64,000 nt of DNA, taken from positions 1-64,000 of the forward strand of contig JBBDTI010000084.1 of NCBI GenBank assembly GCA_040904565.1, written 5' to 3'. The notes beneath the pieces were generated by a model. The model was not told the DNA's origin. It worked only from the letters and a program-made list of their open reading frames with translations, and ran no database searches. Positions 1-10,545 of this stretch are shown one piece after another. How positions within the stretch are numbered: position 1 is the first letter of the stretch; each line of letters begins with the position of its first letter. A program made the position numbers and the translations under genes. The stretch is from Rhodothermales bacterium. GTDB lineage: Bacteria > Bacteroidota > Rhodothermia > Rhodothermales > VXPQ01.

Positions 1-342
1 ATGGTCGACGGCGACATCGACAAGATCATGCCGCTCGTTCGGCAGGCCGTCGAACTCGGCGCCGACATCATCAAGGCGGATCCGTGCGACGACCCGTCCG
101 AGTACCATCGGGTCGTTGAGGTGGCCGGCGGCATCCCCATTCTCGTGCGAGGCGGCGGACGCGTGTCCGACGAAGAGATCCTGCGGCGGACGCATGAACT
201 CGTGCAGCAGGGCGCGCGCGGCATTGTATACGGCCGCAACGTGATCCATCACGATCATCCTGAGCGCATGACGCGCGCCCTCATGGCCGTCGTGCACGAC
301 GGGGCCACGGCGGAGCAGGCCGCGGAATACCTGCATGCGTAG
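1..342 (+). CDS. Class I aldolase, DhnA/LsrF-like family (C-terminal part, truncated at window edge)
   Basis: ELGADIIK (Schiff-base Lys), PILVRGGG and GARGIVYGRNVI motifs. Confidence 0.8.
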   Translation: MVDGDIDKIMPLVRQAVELGADIIKADPCDDPSEYHRVVEVAGGIPILVRGGGRVSDEEILRRTHELVQQGARGIVYGRNVIHHDHPERMTRALMAVVHDGATAEQAAEYLHA

Positions 343-507
343 CGCTGTGTAGCTTGAGGCGAGGGCCGCGTCGGTTACATCTTGCATACGACGAGGTAAT
401 GTGCGCCGAGGCGGACGCCGAGAAGCGCCGGCGTGACGACGAGCACACGCCGGCTTTGCGTTTCGACCCTCCGGCGATATCGCTCAACAACATAACCATT
501 CTGGGAC

Positions 508-1494
508 ATGGCAGGCGTGAACGAGGAATTACGACTTTTCGCCATGACCTCCACCCGCGCGTTCGGTGAGCGCACGGGGGCGGCGCTCGGGATCGACCTC
601 GCCGATCACGAGGAACGCGCCTTCGACGACGGGGAGCACAAATCACGACCTCTCGTAAGCGTTCGCGATCACGACGCGTATGTTATTCAGTCGCTGTACG
701 GCGACGAGCGGCATTCGGTGAACGATAAGCTCTGCCGCCTTCTCTTCTTCCTCGGTGCCGTGCGCGACGCAGGCGCGGCGTCCGTCACGGCCGTCGTTCC
801 CTATCTCTGCTACGCCCGTAAAGACCGGAAGACCAAGTCGCGCGATCCGGTCACCACGCGGTACGTGGCCCAGTTGTTCGAAAGCGTCGGGACCGATCGC
901 GTCGTCACGCTCGACGTACACAACCTGGCGGCATTTCAGAATGCATTTCGATGTCGCACCGAGCATCTCGAGGCGCGGACGCTGTTCGTCGATCACCTGG
1001 CAGCGGAGGTCCGCGACGAAACGGCGGTCGTGTCGCCGGACGTAGGGGGTGTCAAACGGGCCGAGGCGTTTCGAACGGCCCTCGCCGACCGCATCGGTCG
1101 TGACGTCGCGGGCGGATTCATGGAGAAGAAGCGTAGTCGGGGCGTCGTCAGCGGCGACGTGCTCGTGGGCGACGTGCGCGGCCGGGACGTCATCCTCGTC
1201 GACGATATGATCGGCACCGGTACGACGATGGTCCGGGCCGCGAAGGCGTGCCTCACAAAAGGAGCGCGGCGCATATACGCCGCAGCCACGCACGGGCTTT
1301 TCGTTGGGGCGGCGGAGGACCAGCTCGCGGTGTTCCACCGGATCGTCGTCACCGATTCCATTCCACCGCGGCTCTCTGACGAGTTTGTCAACAATAAAGT
1401 CACCGTGCTCGACGCCGCTTCGTTCATCGCCTCCGCCATCGATCGCCTGCACGGGGGCGGCTCCATCGTCGATCTGATCGAACACCCTGGATGA
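508..1494 (+). CDS. prs: Ribose-phosphate pyrophosphokinase
   Basis: [26 protein letters not shown] and PRT motif [12 protein letters not shown]. Confidence 0.9.
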   Translation: MAGVNEELRLFAMTSTRAFGERTGAALGIDLADHEERAFDDGEHKSRPLVSVRDHDAYVIQSLYGDERHSVNDKLCRLLFFLGAVRDAGAASVTAVVPYLCYARKDRKTKSRDPVTTRYVAQLFESVGTDRVVTLDVHNLAAFQNAFRCRTEHLEARTLFVDHLAAEVRDETAVVSPDVGGVKRAEAFRTALADRIGRDVAGGFMEKKRSRGVVSGDVLVGDVRGRDVILVDDMIGTGTTMVRAAKACLTKGARRIYAAATHGLFVGAAEDQLAVFHRIVVTDSIPPRLSDEFVNNKVTVLDAASFIASAIDRLHGGGSIVDLIEHPG

Positions 1495-2504
1495 GCAAAC
1501 AGATTAGCCTGGTCGAGAAGGTAGCCTTTCTGCGCGATCCCGAGACGTACGGTTCAAACGTCAGTGAGGTCGATGATATCGAAACCCACATGAACTGGGT
1601 TTTCCTGGCCGGCACGTCCGTCTACAAGCTCAAGAAACCCGTCAAACTCGATTTTCTGGACTTCAGTACGCTCGAGCTGCGTCGCGATGATTGCCGCCGA
1701 GAGGTGGAGGTTAACCGCGCGCTGGCGGGCGGCGTCTATCACGGTACCGTTCCGCTCGTCGCCGACGCCTCGGACGCCCTGCAGCTCGGCGGGGATGGAG
1801 CGGTGGTCGACTGGCTGGTACACATGCGACGCCTTCCGAACGACCGCATGCTCGACGTATGCATACAGGATGGCTCGGTCGGTGCCGGGGACATCCGGCG
1901 CGCCATCGCCGTATTGTGCCGCTTTTACCGCTCGCAGGGTCCGACGCGCATCTCCCCGGACGCGTACGTAGATCGGTTCACTCGTGCCGCCGACCGTAAC
2001 GAAAAGACGCTGCTGGATCCGCGCTACAGGCTATCGGAGGAATCGGTCCTTGGTGTTTTCGAGGCGCTTCGAACGTATATCTCGCGGCAGTCCGACGACC
2101 TCCGCCGGCGAGTCGAAGCGCGGCGCATCGTCGACGCTCACGGCGATCTGCGGCCCGAGCACATATGTCTCGAGCCCAGACCCGTCATCTTCGACCGGAT
2201 CGAATTTAATGACGAGTTCCGCATCCTCGACACGGCCGACGAAATCTCGTATCTGAGCATGGAATGCGACCTGCTCGACGCGGAGGAGATCGGCCGACTG
2301 GTCATGGATGCGTATACCGCTGAGATGGACGACCATCCGCCTCCGTCGCTCACGGCATTCTATCGGACGCATCGCGCGTGCGTGCGCGCCGTTCTGGCGG
2401 CGAAGCATCTGGACGACGAAGACGTCGACGAGGCGAAGTGGATCGGACGGGCGCGTTCGTATCTTGACCTCGCCTCATCGTATCTTCCCGACATGATGCC
2501 GTAG
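1491..2504 (+). CDS. APH/kinase-like protein of the COG2187 type, without the C-terminal AAA kinase domain
   Basis: [25 protein letters not shown]...[15 protein letters not shown] and FDRIEFN motifs; ATGA overlap with prs. Confidence 0.8.
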   Translation: MSKQISLVEKVAFLRDPETYGSNVSEVDDIETHMNWVFLAGTSVYKLKKPVKLDFLDFSTLELRRDDCRREVEVNRALAGGVYHGTVPLVADASDALQLGGDGAVVDWLVHMRRLPNDRMLDVCIQDGSVGAGDIRRAIAVLCRFYRSQGPTRISPDAYVDRFTRAADRNEKTLLDPRYRLSEESVLGVFEALRTYISRQSDDLRRRVEARRIVDAHGDLRPEHICLEPRPVIFDRIEFNDEFRILDTADEISYLSMECDLLDAEEIGRLVMDAYTAEMDDHPPPSLTAFYRTHRACVRAVLAAKHLDDEDVDEAKWIGRARSYLDLASSYLPDMMP

Positions 2505-2566
2505 TGCGCGGCGTGCCCGCATCCGGCGGCATGGCACGGTTATGATTCGAATAATACGACCACGAC

Positions 2567-3718
2567 ATGGCAGAGCATACCGTACGGTTCGGCGTCATCG
2601 GATGCGGACTCATGGGCCGGGAGTTTGCCAGTGCGGCGGCGCGCTGGTTCCATCTGGAAAACCTCGATGTCGCCCCGCGGATCGTGGCGGCGTGCGACGT
2701 CGATGCCGGCGCCGCGCGATGGTTCGAGCGTCACGTGCAGAGCGTCTCCCAGGTGACGACCGACTACGAGGAGCTGCTCGCCAACCCCGACGTCGACGCC
2801 GTGTACTGTGCCGTGCCGCACAATCTGCACGAGCGGCTCTACGTCGATACGATTCGGGCGGGGAAGCACCTCCTCGGGGAGAAACCGTTCGGCATCGACA
2901 GGGCGGCCAACGCGGCGATCAATGAGGCGATGACCGAGCACCCCGACGTTTTCGTTCGCTGTTCCTCGGAGTTTCCCTTCCTTCCGGGGGCCTACCAGAT
3001 ATTCGAATGGATGCGCGAGGAGCGATTCGGACGCATTATCGACGTCGAGGCGGGATTCTGGCACAGCTCGGACCTGAATCCGAAGAAGGCGATCAACTGG
3101 AAACGGATGATCGACGTGAACGGCGAATATGGCTGCATGGGCGATCTGGGGCTGCACGTGCTTCACCTTCCGCTGCGCTTCGGATGGATGCCCCGGCGCG
3201 TCCACGCACTGCTTTCGAATATCATGACGGAGCGGCCGGGGCCGGACGGCGACATGGTGCCCTGCGAGACGTGGGACAACGCCGTGCTCTCGTGCGACGT
3301 ACGGCATGAAGGGCAGTCGTTCCCGATGATCCTTTCCACGAAGCGCATCGCACCTGGACACGCCGACACCTGGTTTATCCGAATCAACGGAACGGCATTC
3401 TCGGCCGAGTTCTCGACCAAGAATCCGAAGGAGCTGCGTTTCATGCCGTACGAAGCGGGCGGCGAGCAGGCGTGGCGCGTCGTCGATGTGCCGTACGCCT
3501 CCGCTTACGATGCCATTACCGGCGGCATCTTTGAGTTCGGTTTCTCCGACGCCATCCTGCAGATGTGGGCCGCCTTCTGCGACGAACTCGTTCACGGCGA
3601 TGCCATGCGCCAGCCGCTCCACTGCGCGACACCGGAGGAAGCGAGGCAGACGCATGAACTGTTTACGGCGGCGCTCGCTTCACACGCTTCCGGAAACAGC
3701 GTAGCCGTGTCGAGCTGA
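2567..3718 (+). CDS. Gfo/Idh/MocA family oxidoreductase
   Basis: GVIGCGLMG Rossmann motif, GKHLLGEKP, DLGLH. Confidence 0.9.
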   Translation: MAEHTVRFGVIGCGLMGREFASAAARWFHLENLDVAPRIVAACDVDAGAARWFERHVQSVSQVTTDYEELLANPDVDAVYCAVPHNLHERLYVDTIRAGKHLLGEKPFGIDRAANAAINEAMTEHPDVFVRCSSEFPFLPGAYQIFEWMREERFGRIIDVEAGFWHSSDLNPKKAINWKRMIDVNGEYGCMGDLGLHVLHLPLRFGWMPRRVHALLSNIMTERPGPDGDMVPCETWDNAVLSCDVRHEGQSFPMILSTKRIAPGHADTWFIRINGTAFSAEFSTKNPKELRFMPYEAGGEQAWRVVDVPYASAYDAITGGIFEFGFSDAILQMWAAFCDELVHGDAMRQPLHCATPEEARQTHELFTAALASHASGNSVAVSS

Positions 3719-4872
3719 TGGCCCGTGCCGCGCCCGATATCGTCGTAGCCGGGCATATTTGCCTGGACGTCATTCCGACCTTTCCCGGTGAGGTCCCCGA
3801 TCCGCTGTGCGTCCCCGGTACGCTGGTGGAAGTCGGTGGTCCTCTCATGTCGACGGGCGGGGCGGTGTCCAACGTGGGGCTCGCGTTGCACCGCCTCGGG
3901 ATGTCGACCAGACTTATCGGCAAAGTGGGTGACGATCTATTCGGACGCGCCATCGGGGATATTCTCGGCGAGCACGATCGGATGCTCGCAGAGTCCCTGA
4001 TCGTCGACCCGGAAGACGCCTCGTCGTATACGATCGTGGTCAATCCGCCAGGCGTCGACAGGTCCTTTTTTCACGCCCCGGGTGCAAACAGCACCTTCAG
4101 GCCGTCTGAAGTCGACCCGGGCCGTGTCGAGGGCGCGCGCGTCTTTCATTTCGGCTATCCACCGCTGATGGAACGGACGTTTGTAGACGGGGGCGAGGCG
4201 CTGGCCTCTCTGTTCGCCGAGATCCGCCGCCGGGGTGTGGCCGTATCGCTCGATATGGCGCAGTACGATCCGGCCTCGAAGGCTGGGCAGGCAGACTGGC
4301 TCGCGTTCCTACGTCGCGTTCTTCCGGAGGTGGACGTCTTCGGGCCGAGCCTTGGAGAGACGCTGGCCATGCTCGGCGAAACGATGCGGCAACCCGCAAC
4401 CGGCGGCGGCCTCATCGATCTGGCGGATCGGCTCCTGCGGATGGGGCCGGCCCTCGTGGTTTTCAAGCTCGGTGCAGACGGACTCTTTCTTCGGTCCACC
4501 GGCGATGCATCCCGCGTCGGCCAGGTACCCGCGCTCCAGCTCGGCGATCGGTGGTGCCGGCGGACGCTGCTTCACGGCGGTTTTGAGGTGGATGTCGTCG
4601 GCACGACGGGCGCCGGCGACTGTGCCCTGGCCGCACTCCTCGCGGCGATGGTGAAGGAGCGATCACCTGAAGAGGCGCTCCGCGATGCTTCCGCCGTCGG
4701 TGCGTGCAGCGTGGAACGTACGGACGCGACCAGCGGCGTCCCGGCGTGGCCTGTCGTACAGCGGCGTCTCCAGGAGGGATGGCCGCAGCGTCCCGTCGAT
4801 CTCGAGCTGGACGGGTGGACGTGGAGGGAAGACGAACGTCTCTGGTCCGGTCCTCCGCGAACGCCGACCTGA
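3718..4872 (+). CDS. PfkB family carbohydrate kinase
   Basis: GGAVSNVGLAL.RLG, GKVGDD.FG and GTTGAGD signatures. Confidence 0.9.
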   Translation: MARAAPDIVVAGHICLDVIPTFPGEVPDPLCVPGTLVEVGGPLMSTGGAVSNVGLALHRLGMSTRLIGKVGDDLFGRAIGDILGEHDRMLAESLIVDPEDASSYTIVVNPPGVDRSFFHAPGANSTFRPSEVDPGRVEGARVFHFGYPPLMERTFVDGGEALASLFAEIRRRGVAVSLDMAQYDPASKAGQADWLAFLRRVLPEVDVFGPSLGETLAMLGETMRQPATGGGLIDLADRLLRMGPALVVFKLGADGLFLRSTGDASRVGQVPALQLGDRWCRRTLLHGGFEVDVVGTTGAGDCALAALLAAMVKERSPEEALRDASAVGACSVERTDATSGVPAWPVVQRRLQEGWPQRPVDLELDGWTWREDERLWSGPPRTPT

Positions 4873-4927
4873 GGATAGATGCACTGACGGCTTACCGCGC
4901 GATGCAGACGGCCGGCAAGCGGCCCCT

Positions 4928-7447
4928 TTATCGTACGCCGGCGTACGATTCCGTCACCCCGCCACCATCGGCTTCCCCCCGGGTCCCGCCGAAGTGCTCG
5001 AGATCGCGCAGGGTATCTACCATGCGGTCATAGTCGGCGTTCTCCACGGAGTGAGCGGCGACGGCGAGACGTGCAAGCGCCCGCAGGTGTTCTCCCGGGG
5101 ATAGGTCGACGGGGTTCACGAGCAGGAAGACACCGCGTACCTTGTGCGAGAGCCCGTCGAACGTCATGCCCTCGCGGCGGGCGCCGACGGCCCGAATCGG
5201 GCGATCGACGTGCTGCGTGTGCGTGTGAAGCAGCAGGAGGCTGTCCCCCAGCTCCTGTCGATGCGCGTCGATGCCCAGCAGCGAAAGCTGTATGATTTCG
5301 TCGATAACGGCTTCGTCGTCGATCGCGGGCCGGAGCATTTCCCGCAGGGCCTCCTCACCGCGTTCGTGTCCTACTTCGAGGAAGTAACCGGCCGAGGGCC
5401 TGGCCGCGGTCTCGGAGGCATGCGTGAGCTCCTCGAAACGGCCTCCGGCGTCTTGTTCGCGGTGGTCGGGATACACGACGACGAAGTCGCGATTCGGGAG
5501 CTCCTGCGTATACTGTCGAGGAAGCCGGTCCAGAGCGGGCTGCCACGAAATCTGTGCCCGCTTTGCGCTGATAAGTACCACGAGGTCCTCTTCGGTCACC
5601 GCGTCGGCGAGCCAGCTGAGAAGGTCGGCATAGCGCGGCAGCGCCTCCGTCCGCAGGGGGACATCCGGTTTCGCGGCGCGAACATGTTCTAGTACATGTT
5701 TCTTATGCTGTTCGGTAACGATGACGTGCAGGTCGGTGCCCAGCCGGCTCGCCATCATCTTGACGTCTCGGAGCACCGCGCCGAACCCCCGCTCCCGTTC
5801 GGCGAAGGGCGGTACGGCGAGGATGATGCGGCCAACCGTGTTGATGGGGCTCGACAATCTCGCCACGAACACCGTCTCGCGAATTATGTCGAGCAGCCCG
5901 TCCAACACGCTGCCGAAAATACGCTCGACGGGAGGCGCGGGACCGCCCCATCCGATGACCACGTGTGATATCCGCTGCTCGACCACGGCGCGCGCAATCC
6001 CGTGCGCGGGGTCTCCATCTACCCGCGTCATCGGGGTCACGGGAACGTCGGCGGCGACGGCGTGCACGACGGCCTCGCCGACCAGCTTCTCCCCGGCGGC
6101 CACCTTCGCCGGGACGTCGCCGTCAGGTTGTACGACCGTCAAGGGGTAGACGGGCTCGTCCGATCCGTCGAGGCGTATGGCCAGAGCGAGGTCTACCAGC
6201 GAATGGGCCGTGGCTGGATTCGAAAGGGGGATGAGCACGCGCTGGGGTGCATCCGAGAGGCGATACGGCGCGGCCTCCTGCCGCAGGGCGACGGATCGGC
6301 CGTAGCGCTCGACCAGCCAGGGACCGAAGAGCGACGTCAACAGGATCATGATGATGACCGCGTTGACCACCGTCTGATCGAACAGGCCGAGATCGAAACC
6401 GACGAGGGTAACCGCCAGCGTGGCGGCGGCCTGGGGGACGGTCAACCCGAAGATCAGCCACCCCTCTTCAGAAGTATGGCCGAACAATATCTGAGCTCCC
6501 TTCGCGGCGAGAAGCTTGCCGACGAGCACGACGCCCGTGAACGTGCCGGCGGCGATCCACACGTCGACGCCTTCGGCCATCGATCGGAAATCGACCAGCA
6601 TGCCGACGGAGATCAGAAAGAACGGAATGAAAAAGACCGCGCCGACGAACTCCACCCGGCTCATGAGCGGCCCGATTTCCGGTACGAGCCGGTTCAGGAC
6701 GATGCCGGCGATGAACGCACCGATGATCGGGGCGAGTCCGGCTACCTGCGCCAGGTAGGCCGTCACGAACAGCGCCGTCACGAGAAAGATAAACGAAAGA
6801 TTCGGGTCGTTGTGCGTCGTCCGCATGAACCACCGCCCGATGCGTGGCAGGCCGATCACGACGGCCGTCAGGTACAGCACGATCACGGCCACGAAGGTGA
6901 TCCAGAAAACCGCTCCGTGTACGCCTTCCGTGAACCGGGTGACGACGGCCAGCAGCAGCAGTGCCAGCATGTCGGTGACGATCGTGCCGCCCATGGTCGT
7001 CGTGACCGCCGCGTTCTTCGTGAGGCCGAGCCGGCTCGCGATCGGATAGGCGAGGAGCGTGTGCGATCCGACGATGGAGCCGAGCAAGACGGACGACGCC
7101 AGGCTGAAATCGAGCACGTAGAGTCCGGCCGCGATGCCCAGCGACTGCGGCACGAGGAAAGAGATCAGTCCGAACGTCAGGCTGCGCGACCGGAGCTTGT
7201 GAAACTGATTCAGATCCAGCGCGATGCCCGCCACGAACATGAGATATAGAAGCCCGACCGTCCCGAGCAGCACCATCGTGCTGTCGCGCTCGAGCAGGCC
7301 CGCTCCACTGGGCCCGACGATCGCACCGGCGACGATGAGGCCGACGATGCCCGGGATGCGCAGCTTCCCGAACACGAGGGGAGCGACGAGGACGATGAGC
7401 ATCACCAGTGCAAAGATGAGCACCGGATCGTGAATGGGCAGCGTCAC
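4928..7447 (-). CDS. CPA2 cation:proton antiporter with USP-like domains and a C-terminal PTS EIIA-like domain
   Basis: About 12 TM helices with LYLMFVAGI.LD and GAFIAG; USP-like RVLIPLSNP; tail LLLHTH...GMTFD...VFLLVNP...HLRALARLA. Confidence 0.85.
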   Translation of the reverse strand: MTLPIHDPVLIFALVMLIVLVAPLVFGKLRIPGIVGLIVAGAIVGPSGAGLLERDSTMVLLGTVGLLYLMFVAGIALDLNQFHKLRSRSLTFGLISFLVPQSLGIAAGLYVLDFSLASSVLLGSIVGSHTLLAYPIASRLGLTKNAAVTTTMGGTIVTDMLALLLLAVVTRFTEGVHGAVFWITFVAVIVLYLTAVVIGLPRIGRWFMRTTHNDPNLSFIFLVTALFVTAYLAQVAGLAPIIGAFIAGIVLNRLVPEIGPLMSRVEFVGAVFFIPFFLISVGMLVDFRSMAEGVDVWIAAGTFTGVVLVGKLLAAKGAQILFGHTSEEGWLIFGLTVPQAAATLAVTLVGFDLGLFDQTVVNAVIIMILLTSLFGPWLVERYGRSVALRQEAAPYRLSDAPQRVLIPLSNPATAHSLVDLALAIRLDGSDEPVYPLTVVQPDGDVPAKVAAGEKLVGEAVVHAVAADVPVTPMTRVDGDPAHGIARAVVEQRISHVVIGWGGPAPPVERIFGSVLDGLLDIIRETVFVARLSSPINTVGRIILAVPPFAERERGFGAVLRDVKMMASRLGTDLHVIVTEQHKKHVLEHVRAAKPDVPLRTEALPRYADLLSWLADAVTEEDLVVLISAKRAQISWQPALDRLPRQYTQELPNRDFVVVYPDHREQDAGGRFEELTHASETAARPSAGYFLEVGHERGEEALREMLRPAIDDEAVIDEIIQLSLLGIDAHRQELGDSLLLLHTHTQHVDRPIRAVGARREGMTFDGLSHKVRGVFLLVNPVDLSPGEHLRALARLAVAAHSVENADYDRMVDTLRDLEHFGGTRGEADGGGVTESYAGVR

Positions 7448-7661
7448 GTAATGCGAAATTGGGTGGGTGAGGACGACCGGACCGTCGATTCGGTACAGTC
7501 CCTACGAAATTGCGCCCGCCATGCTCCCGCCTGGTGCCCGCCACGCTTCCGGGCACCCCCGGCCGCGCCCTCGCCGCACCCCCGCCGCACCCCCGCCGCG
7601 CCGCGTTCACGAGCGTCGACGCGGGCATGTCCTCCCCGAGGGGCTTGATTCTCCACGAAGT

Positions 7662-7678
7662 GCGTCATTAATTGACGC
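7662..7678. promoter_or_regulatory. Near-perfect palindrome GCGTCA-TTAAT-TGACGC, candidate operator
   Basis: Inverted repeat in the divergent intergenic region, 36 bp before the DUF1080 start. Confidence 0.4.
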
Positions 7679-7714
7679 TCCGCCCGGTGAGACCACCTCC
7701 AGCCATCGACTATC

Positions 7715-8353
7715 ATGAGCCCTCGTCAGCTTTTCTTCCTTACCCTTCTGGTGCTCCTGATCGCTTCCTGCACGTCGGAGACGCCGCCCCGCGGCGAGCC
7801 CCTCTTCGACGGGGAGACGTTCGAGGGGTGGGAAGGCCACATGCACGCCTTCCGCATCGAGGACGGGGCCATCGTGGCCGGGACCCTCGAGGATTCCATC
7901 CCCCGGAACGAGTTTCTCTGTACGCTCGATTCGTTCGACGACTTCGAGCTGCGCCTCGAGTTCATGCTCCTTGGCGAAGGAGCCAACGCCGGCGTTCAGT
8001 ACCACACCGAGCGGATTCCCGAAAATCATGAGGTGATCGGCTATCAGGCCGACATGGGCGACGGATGGTGGGGAGCCATTTACGACGAGATGCGTCGCCG
8101 CACCCTCCTCGCAGAGCCCGACTTCCCCGTTCGCGACAGTCTCCTCAACGTGGAGGACTGGAACGAATACGTCATCCGCACGGAAGGCCCGCGCACGCAG
8201 CTGTTCATAAACGGCGTGCGGACGGTCGACTACACAGAGCCCGACGAGAGCATCCCCCAGACGGGCCGCATCTGCGTCCAGATCCACAGCGGTCCGCCCA
8301 GCGAGGCCTGGTACCGTAACATCACCCTCCGCGATCTCGTCGAGACCGAGTAA
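7715..8353 (+). CDS. DUF1080 (3-keto-disaccharide hydrolase family) lipoprotein
   Basis: Lipobox IASC; LFDG..FEGW, DFELRLEF, NAGVQY, GYQAD, WNEY and G.ICVQIH motifs. Confidence 0.9.
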   Translation: MSPRQLFFLTLLVLLIASCTSETPPRGEPLFDGETFEGWEGHMHAFRIEDGAIVAGTLEDSIPRNEFLCTLDSFDDFELRLEFMLLGEGANAGVQYHTERIPENHEVIGYQADMGDGWWGAIYDEMRRRTLLAEPDFPVRDSLLNVEDWNEYVIRTEGPRTQLFINGVRTVDYTEPDESIPQTGRICVQIHSGPPSEAWYRNITLRDLVETE

Positions 8354-8396
8354 TACGCGGCATCATCCCCCGACCGTCATTCACGTGCACACCACC

Positions 8397-9620
8397 ATGA
8401 ATTACGTACTTACCGGGCGCCTGGCGCTCATGATGTTCGTCCAGTTCTTCATCTGGGGGTCCTGGGCCACCACGCTCGGCAACTACATGGGCACGATCGG
8501 CATGAGCGCATCGATCGCGCTCGCCTATTCGATGGGGCCGATCGCCTGCATCGTCGCCCCCTTTTTCGTAGGGATGGTCGCGGACCGGTTCTTCCACACG
8601 GAAAAAGTGCTCGGCGTCCTCTTTCTCCTGTCCGGCGTCGCGCTCGCCTTCATGCCCGCCTTCGCCGGCTCGCCCCTCTTCCTGACGCTGCTGGGCATCC
8701 ACGCGCTGGCCTATTTCCCGTCGCTCAGCCTCACGACGTCGCTCTCCTTCCACCACATGACCAACCAGGAGAAAGAGTACCCGGTCGTGCGCGTCTTCGG
8801 CACCATCGGATGGATCGTCGCCGGCGTCATCATCAGCAAGGTCTTTCAGGCTGATTTCGAGCCTACGCCGCTCTATATCGGTGCCGCCGCGAGCATCTTC
8901 CTCGGCCTCTACTGCTTCACGCTCCCGGCCACGCCGCCGCCGGCGGCGGGAAGAAAAACCTCCTGGCGCGAGATCGCCGGCATCGACGCCCTCAAGCAGC
9001 TGCGCTCCCGTTCCCTGATCGTCTTTCTGATCTCCGCGATGCTCGCCTACATCGCCTTCGGGACGTACTTCCCGTACGCGCCCGTCTATCTGGCCGGCGT
9101 CGGCATCGACAATCCGGCTTTCCAGATGACGTTCGGGCAGATGTCGGAGATCTTCTTCATGCTGCTCATCCCGTTCTTCTTCCGCCGCCTCGGCGTCAAG
9201 TGGATGCTCATGATCGGCCTCACGGCGTGGTTCGTGCGCTTCGGCCTCTTCTCGTGGGCCGCCATCGACGCCACCTACTGGATGATCTTCCTCGGCATCG
9301 CCATCCACGGGATGTGCTACGACTTCTTCTTCGTCACCGGCCAGATCTACATCGACAAGAAGACCTCCCCCGAAATCCGCGGCCAGGTGCAGGGGCTCCT
9401 CGTGCTGCTGTCCTTCGGCGTCGGCTTCCTGATCGGTACGCAGGGTTCGGGAATGGTCTTCAACTCACTGGTCGCCGACGGAACGCTCGCGCCGGAGCAG
9501 TGGCGCCTGTTCTGGGGCATCTTCTCCGCGATCGCACTGGCCTTCGCCATCTTCTTCTTCGCCTTCTTTGACGACAGGGTGGAGGACCGCGAAGACATTG
9601 ACGCGATCCCCGTCGGCTAG
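8397..9620 (+). CDS. MFS nucleoside:H+ symporter family permease (NupG/YegT-like)
   Basis: QFFIWGSW, RVFGTIGWI, GQMSEI and HGMCYDFFFVTGQIY motifs; about 12 TM helices. Confidence 0.88.
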   Translation: MNYVLTGRLALMMFVQFFIWGSWATTLGNYMGTIGMSASIALAYSMGPIACIVAPFFVGMVADRFFHTEKVLGVLFLLSGVALAFMPAFAGSPLFLTLLGIHALAYFPSLSLTTSLSFHHMTNQEKEYPVVRVFGTIGWIVAGVIISKVFQADFEPTPLYIGAAASIFLGLYCFTLPATPPPAAGRKTSWREIAGIDALKQLRSRSLIVFLISAMLAYIAFGTYFPYAPVYLAGVGIDNPAFQMTFGQMSEIFFMLLIPFFFRRLGVKWMLMIGLTAWFVRFGLFSWAAIDATYWMIFLGIAIHGMCYDFFFVTGQIYIDKKTSPEIRGQVQGLLVLLSFGVGFLIGTQGSGMVFNSLVADGTLAPEQWRLFWGIFSAIALAFAIFFFAFFDDRVEDREDIDAIPVG

Positions 9621-9675
9621 ATTTTTCAGGGGGAACGGCCACCTTCCATGCTCGCAACAGCCAATCGCTCGAACC

Positions 9676-10545
9676 ATGCGCTCAATCGCCCAACCCATGC
9701 TCGCCGTTCTGACGGCGGCCGCACTCGCCGCCTGCGCCGGACCGGAATCGACGCCGGCCGGTCCGCCGCCCGTTACCGAGGCGCTGCTGCTCGATCTCGA
9801 CGCGGACAAGGATATCTTTCTGCAGGACGGCGACCGGGTCGTCGGATGGCGGAATCAGGTGGCGGACTCGCCCGCGCAGTTCTTCGTGCACCGCGACCTC
9901 GGCCGAGAGGTGCCGGGCTCCGGAAGGCCGAGCATCCGGTACGACGTGCCCGAAATCAACGGCCACGCGACCGTCGTCTTCGAAGAGCAGGAGCTCGTGA
10001 ATTTCCACGAGGATGAATTCGACGCGGCGACGACCGGCAGCGGCTACACCTGGTTTTCCATCATGATGGTCCACGAGCAGCACGTCGGGCTCCCGGACGT
10101 GAATTCGTTCTTCGGCAATCTGCGCAACGGCGGGAATTACGAAGGGTTCTGGGGCAACGTGGAGGACGATAACGCCGTCTGGATCGGCTCGCGCAACGGC
10201 ATAACTTTCGGCCGGTTCGACGAGAACAATCCCAAGCTGCTCGGGCCCCGGCTCGAGGGCGGGCGCTATTACGTCGTAGCCGGACGCATGGAGGCCGGCG
10301 TCGATACGGTCGACGTCGAGCTCTTCGTGGATTCGCCGTATCCGCTCGGCTCCGTGCCGTTTCCGGTGAATCCCGAGGCGGATGCCTCCCGGATGGCCAT
10401 CGGACAGGAGCGGGACGCGACCAATCATCCCGGCGAAGAGTCCTTCCACGGTGAGATCACCCGGTTTCTCATCTACGAACGGCCCCTGTCGGAAGACGAA
10501 ATGGTCACCATGGTCGATTACTTCCGAGAGGTCTATGGGATCTGA
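9676..10545 (+). CDS. Lipoprotein with LamG/concanavalin-like fold
   Basis: Lipobox LAAC; LDLDAD...VVGWRNQ and FHGEITRFLIYERPLS.DE pattern; start moved to ATG 9676. Confidence 0.65.
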   Translation: MRSIAQPMLAVLTAAALAACAGPESTPAGPPPVTEALLLDLDADKDIFLQDGDRVVGWRNQVADSPAQFFVHRDLGREVPGSGRPSIRYDVPEINGHATVVFEEQELVNFHEDEFDAATTGSGYTWFSIMMVHEQHVGLPDVNSFFGNLRNGGNYEGFWGNVEDDNAVWIGSRNGITFGRFDENNPKLLGPRLEGGRYYVVAGRMEAGVDTVDVELFVDSPYPLGSVPFPVNPEADASRMAIGQERDATNHPGEESFHGEITRFLIYERPLSEDEMVTMVDYFREVYGI

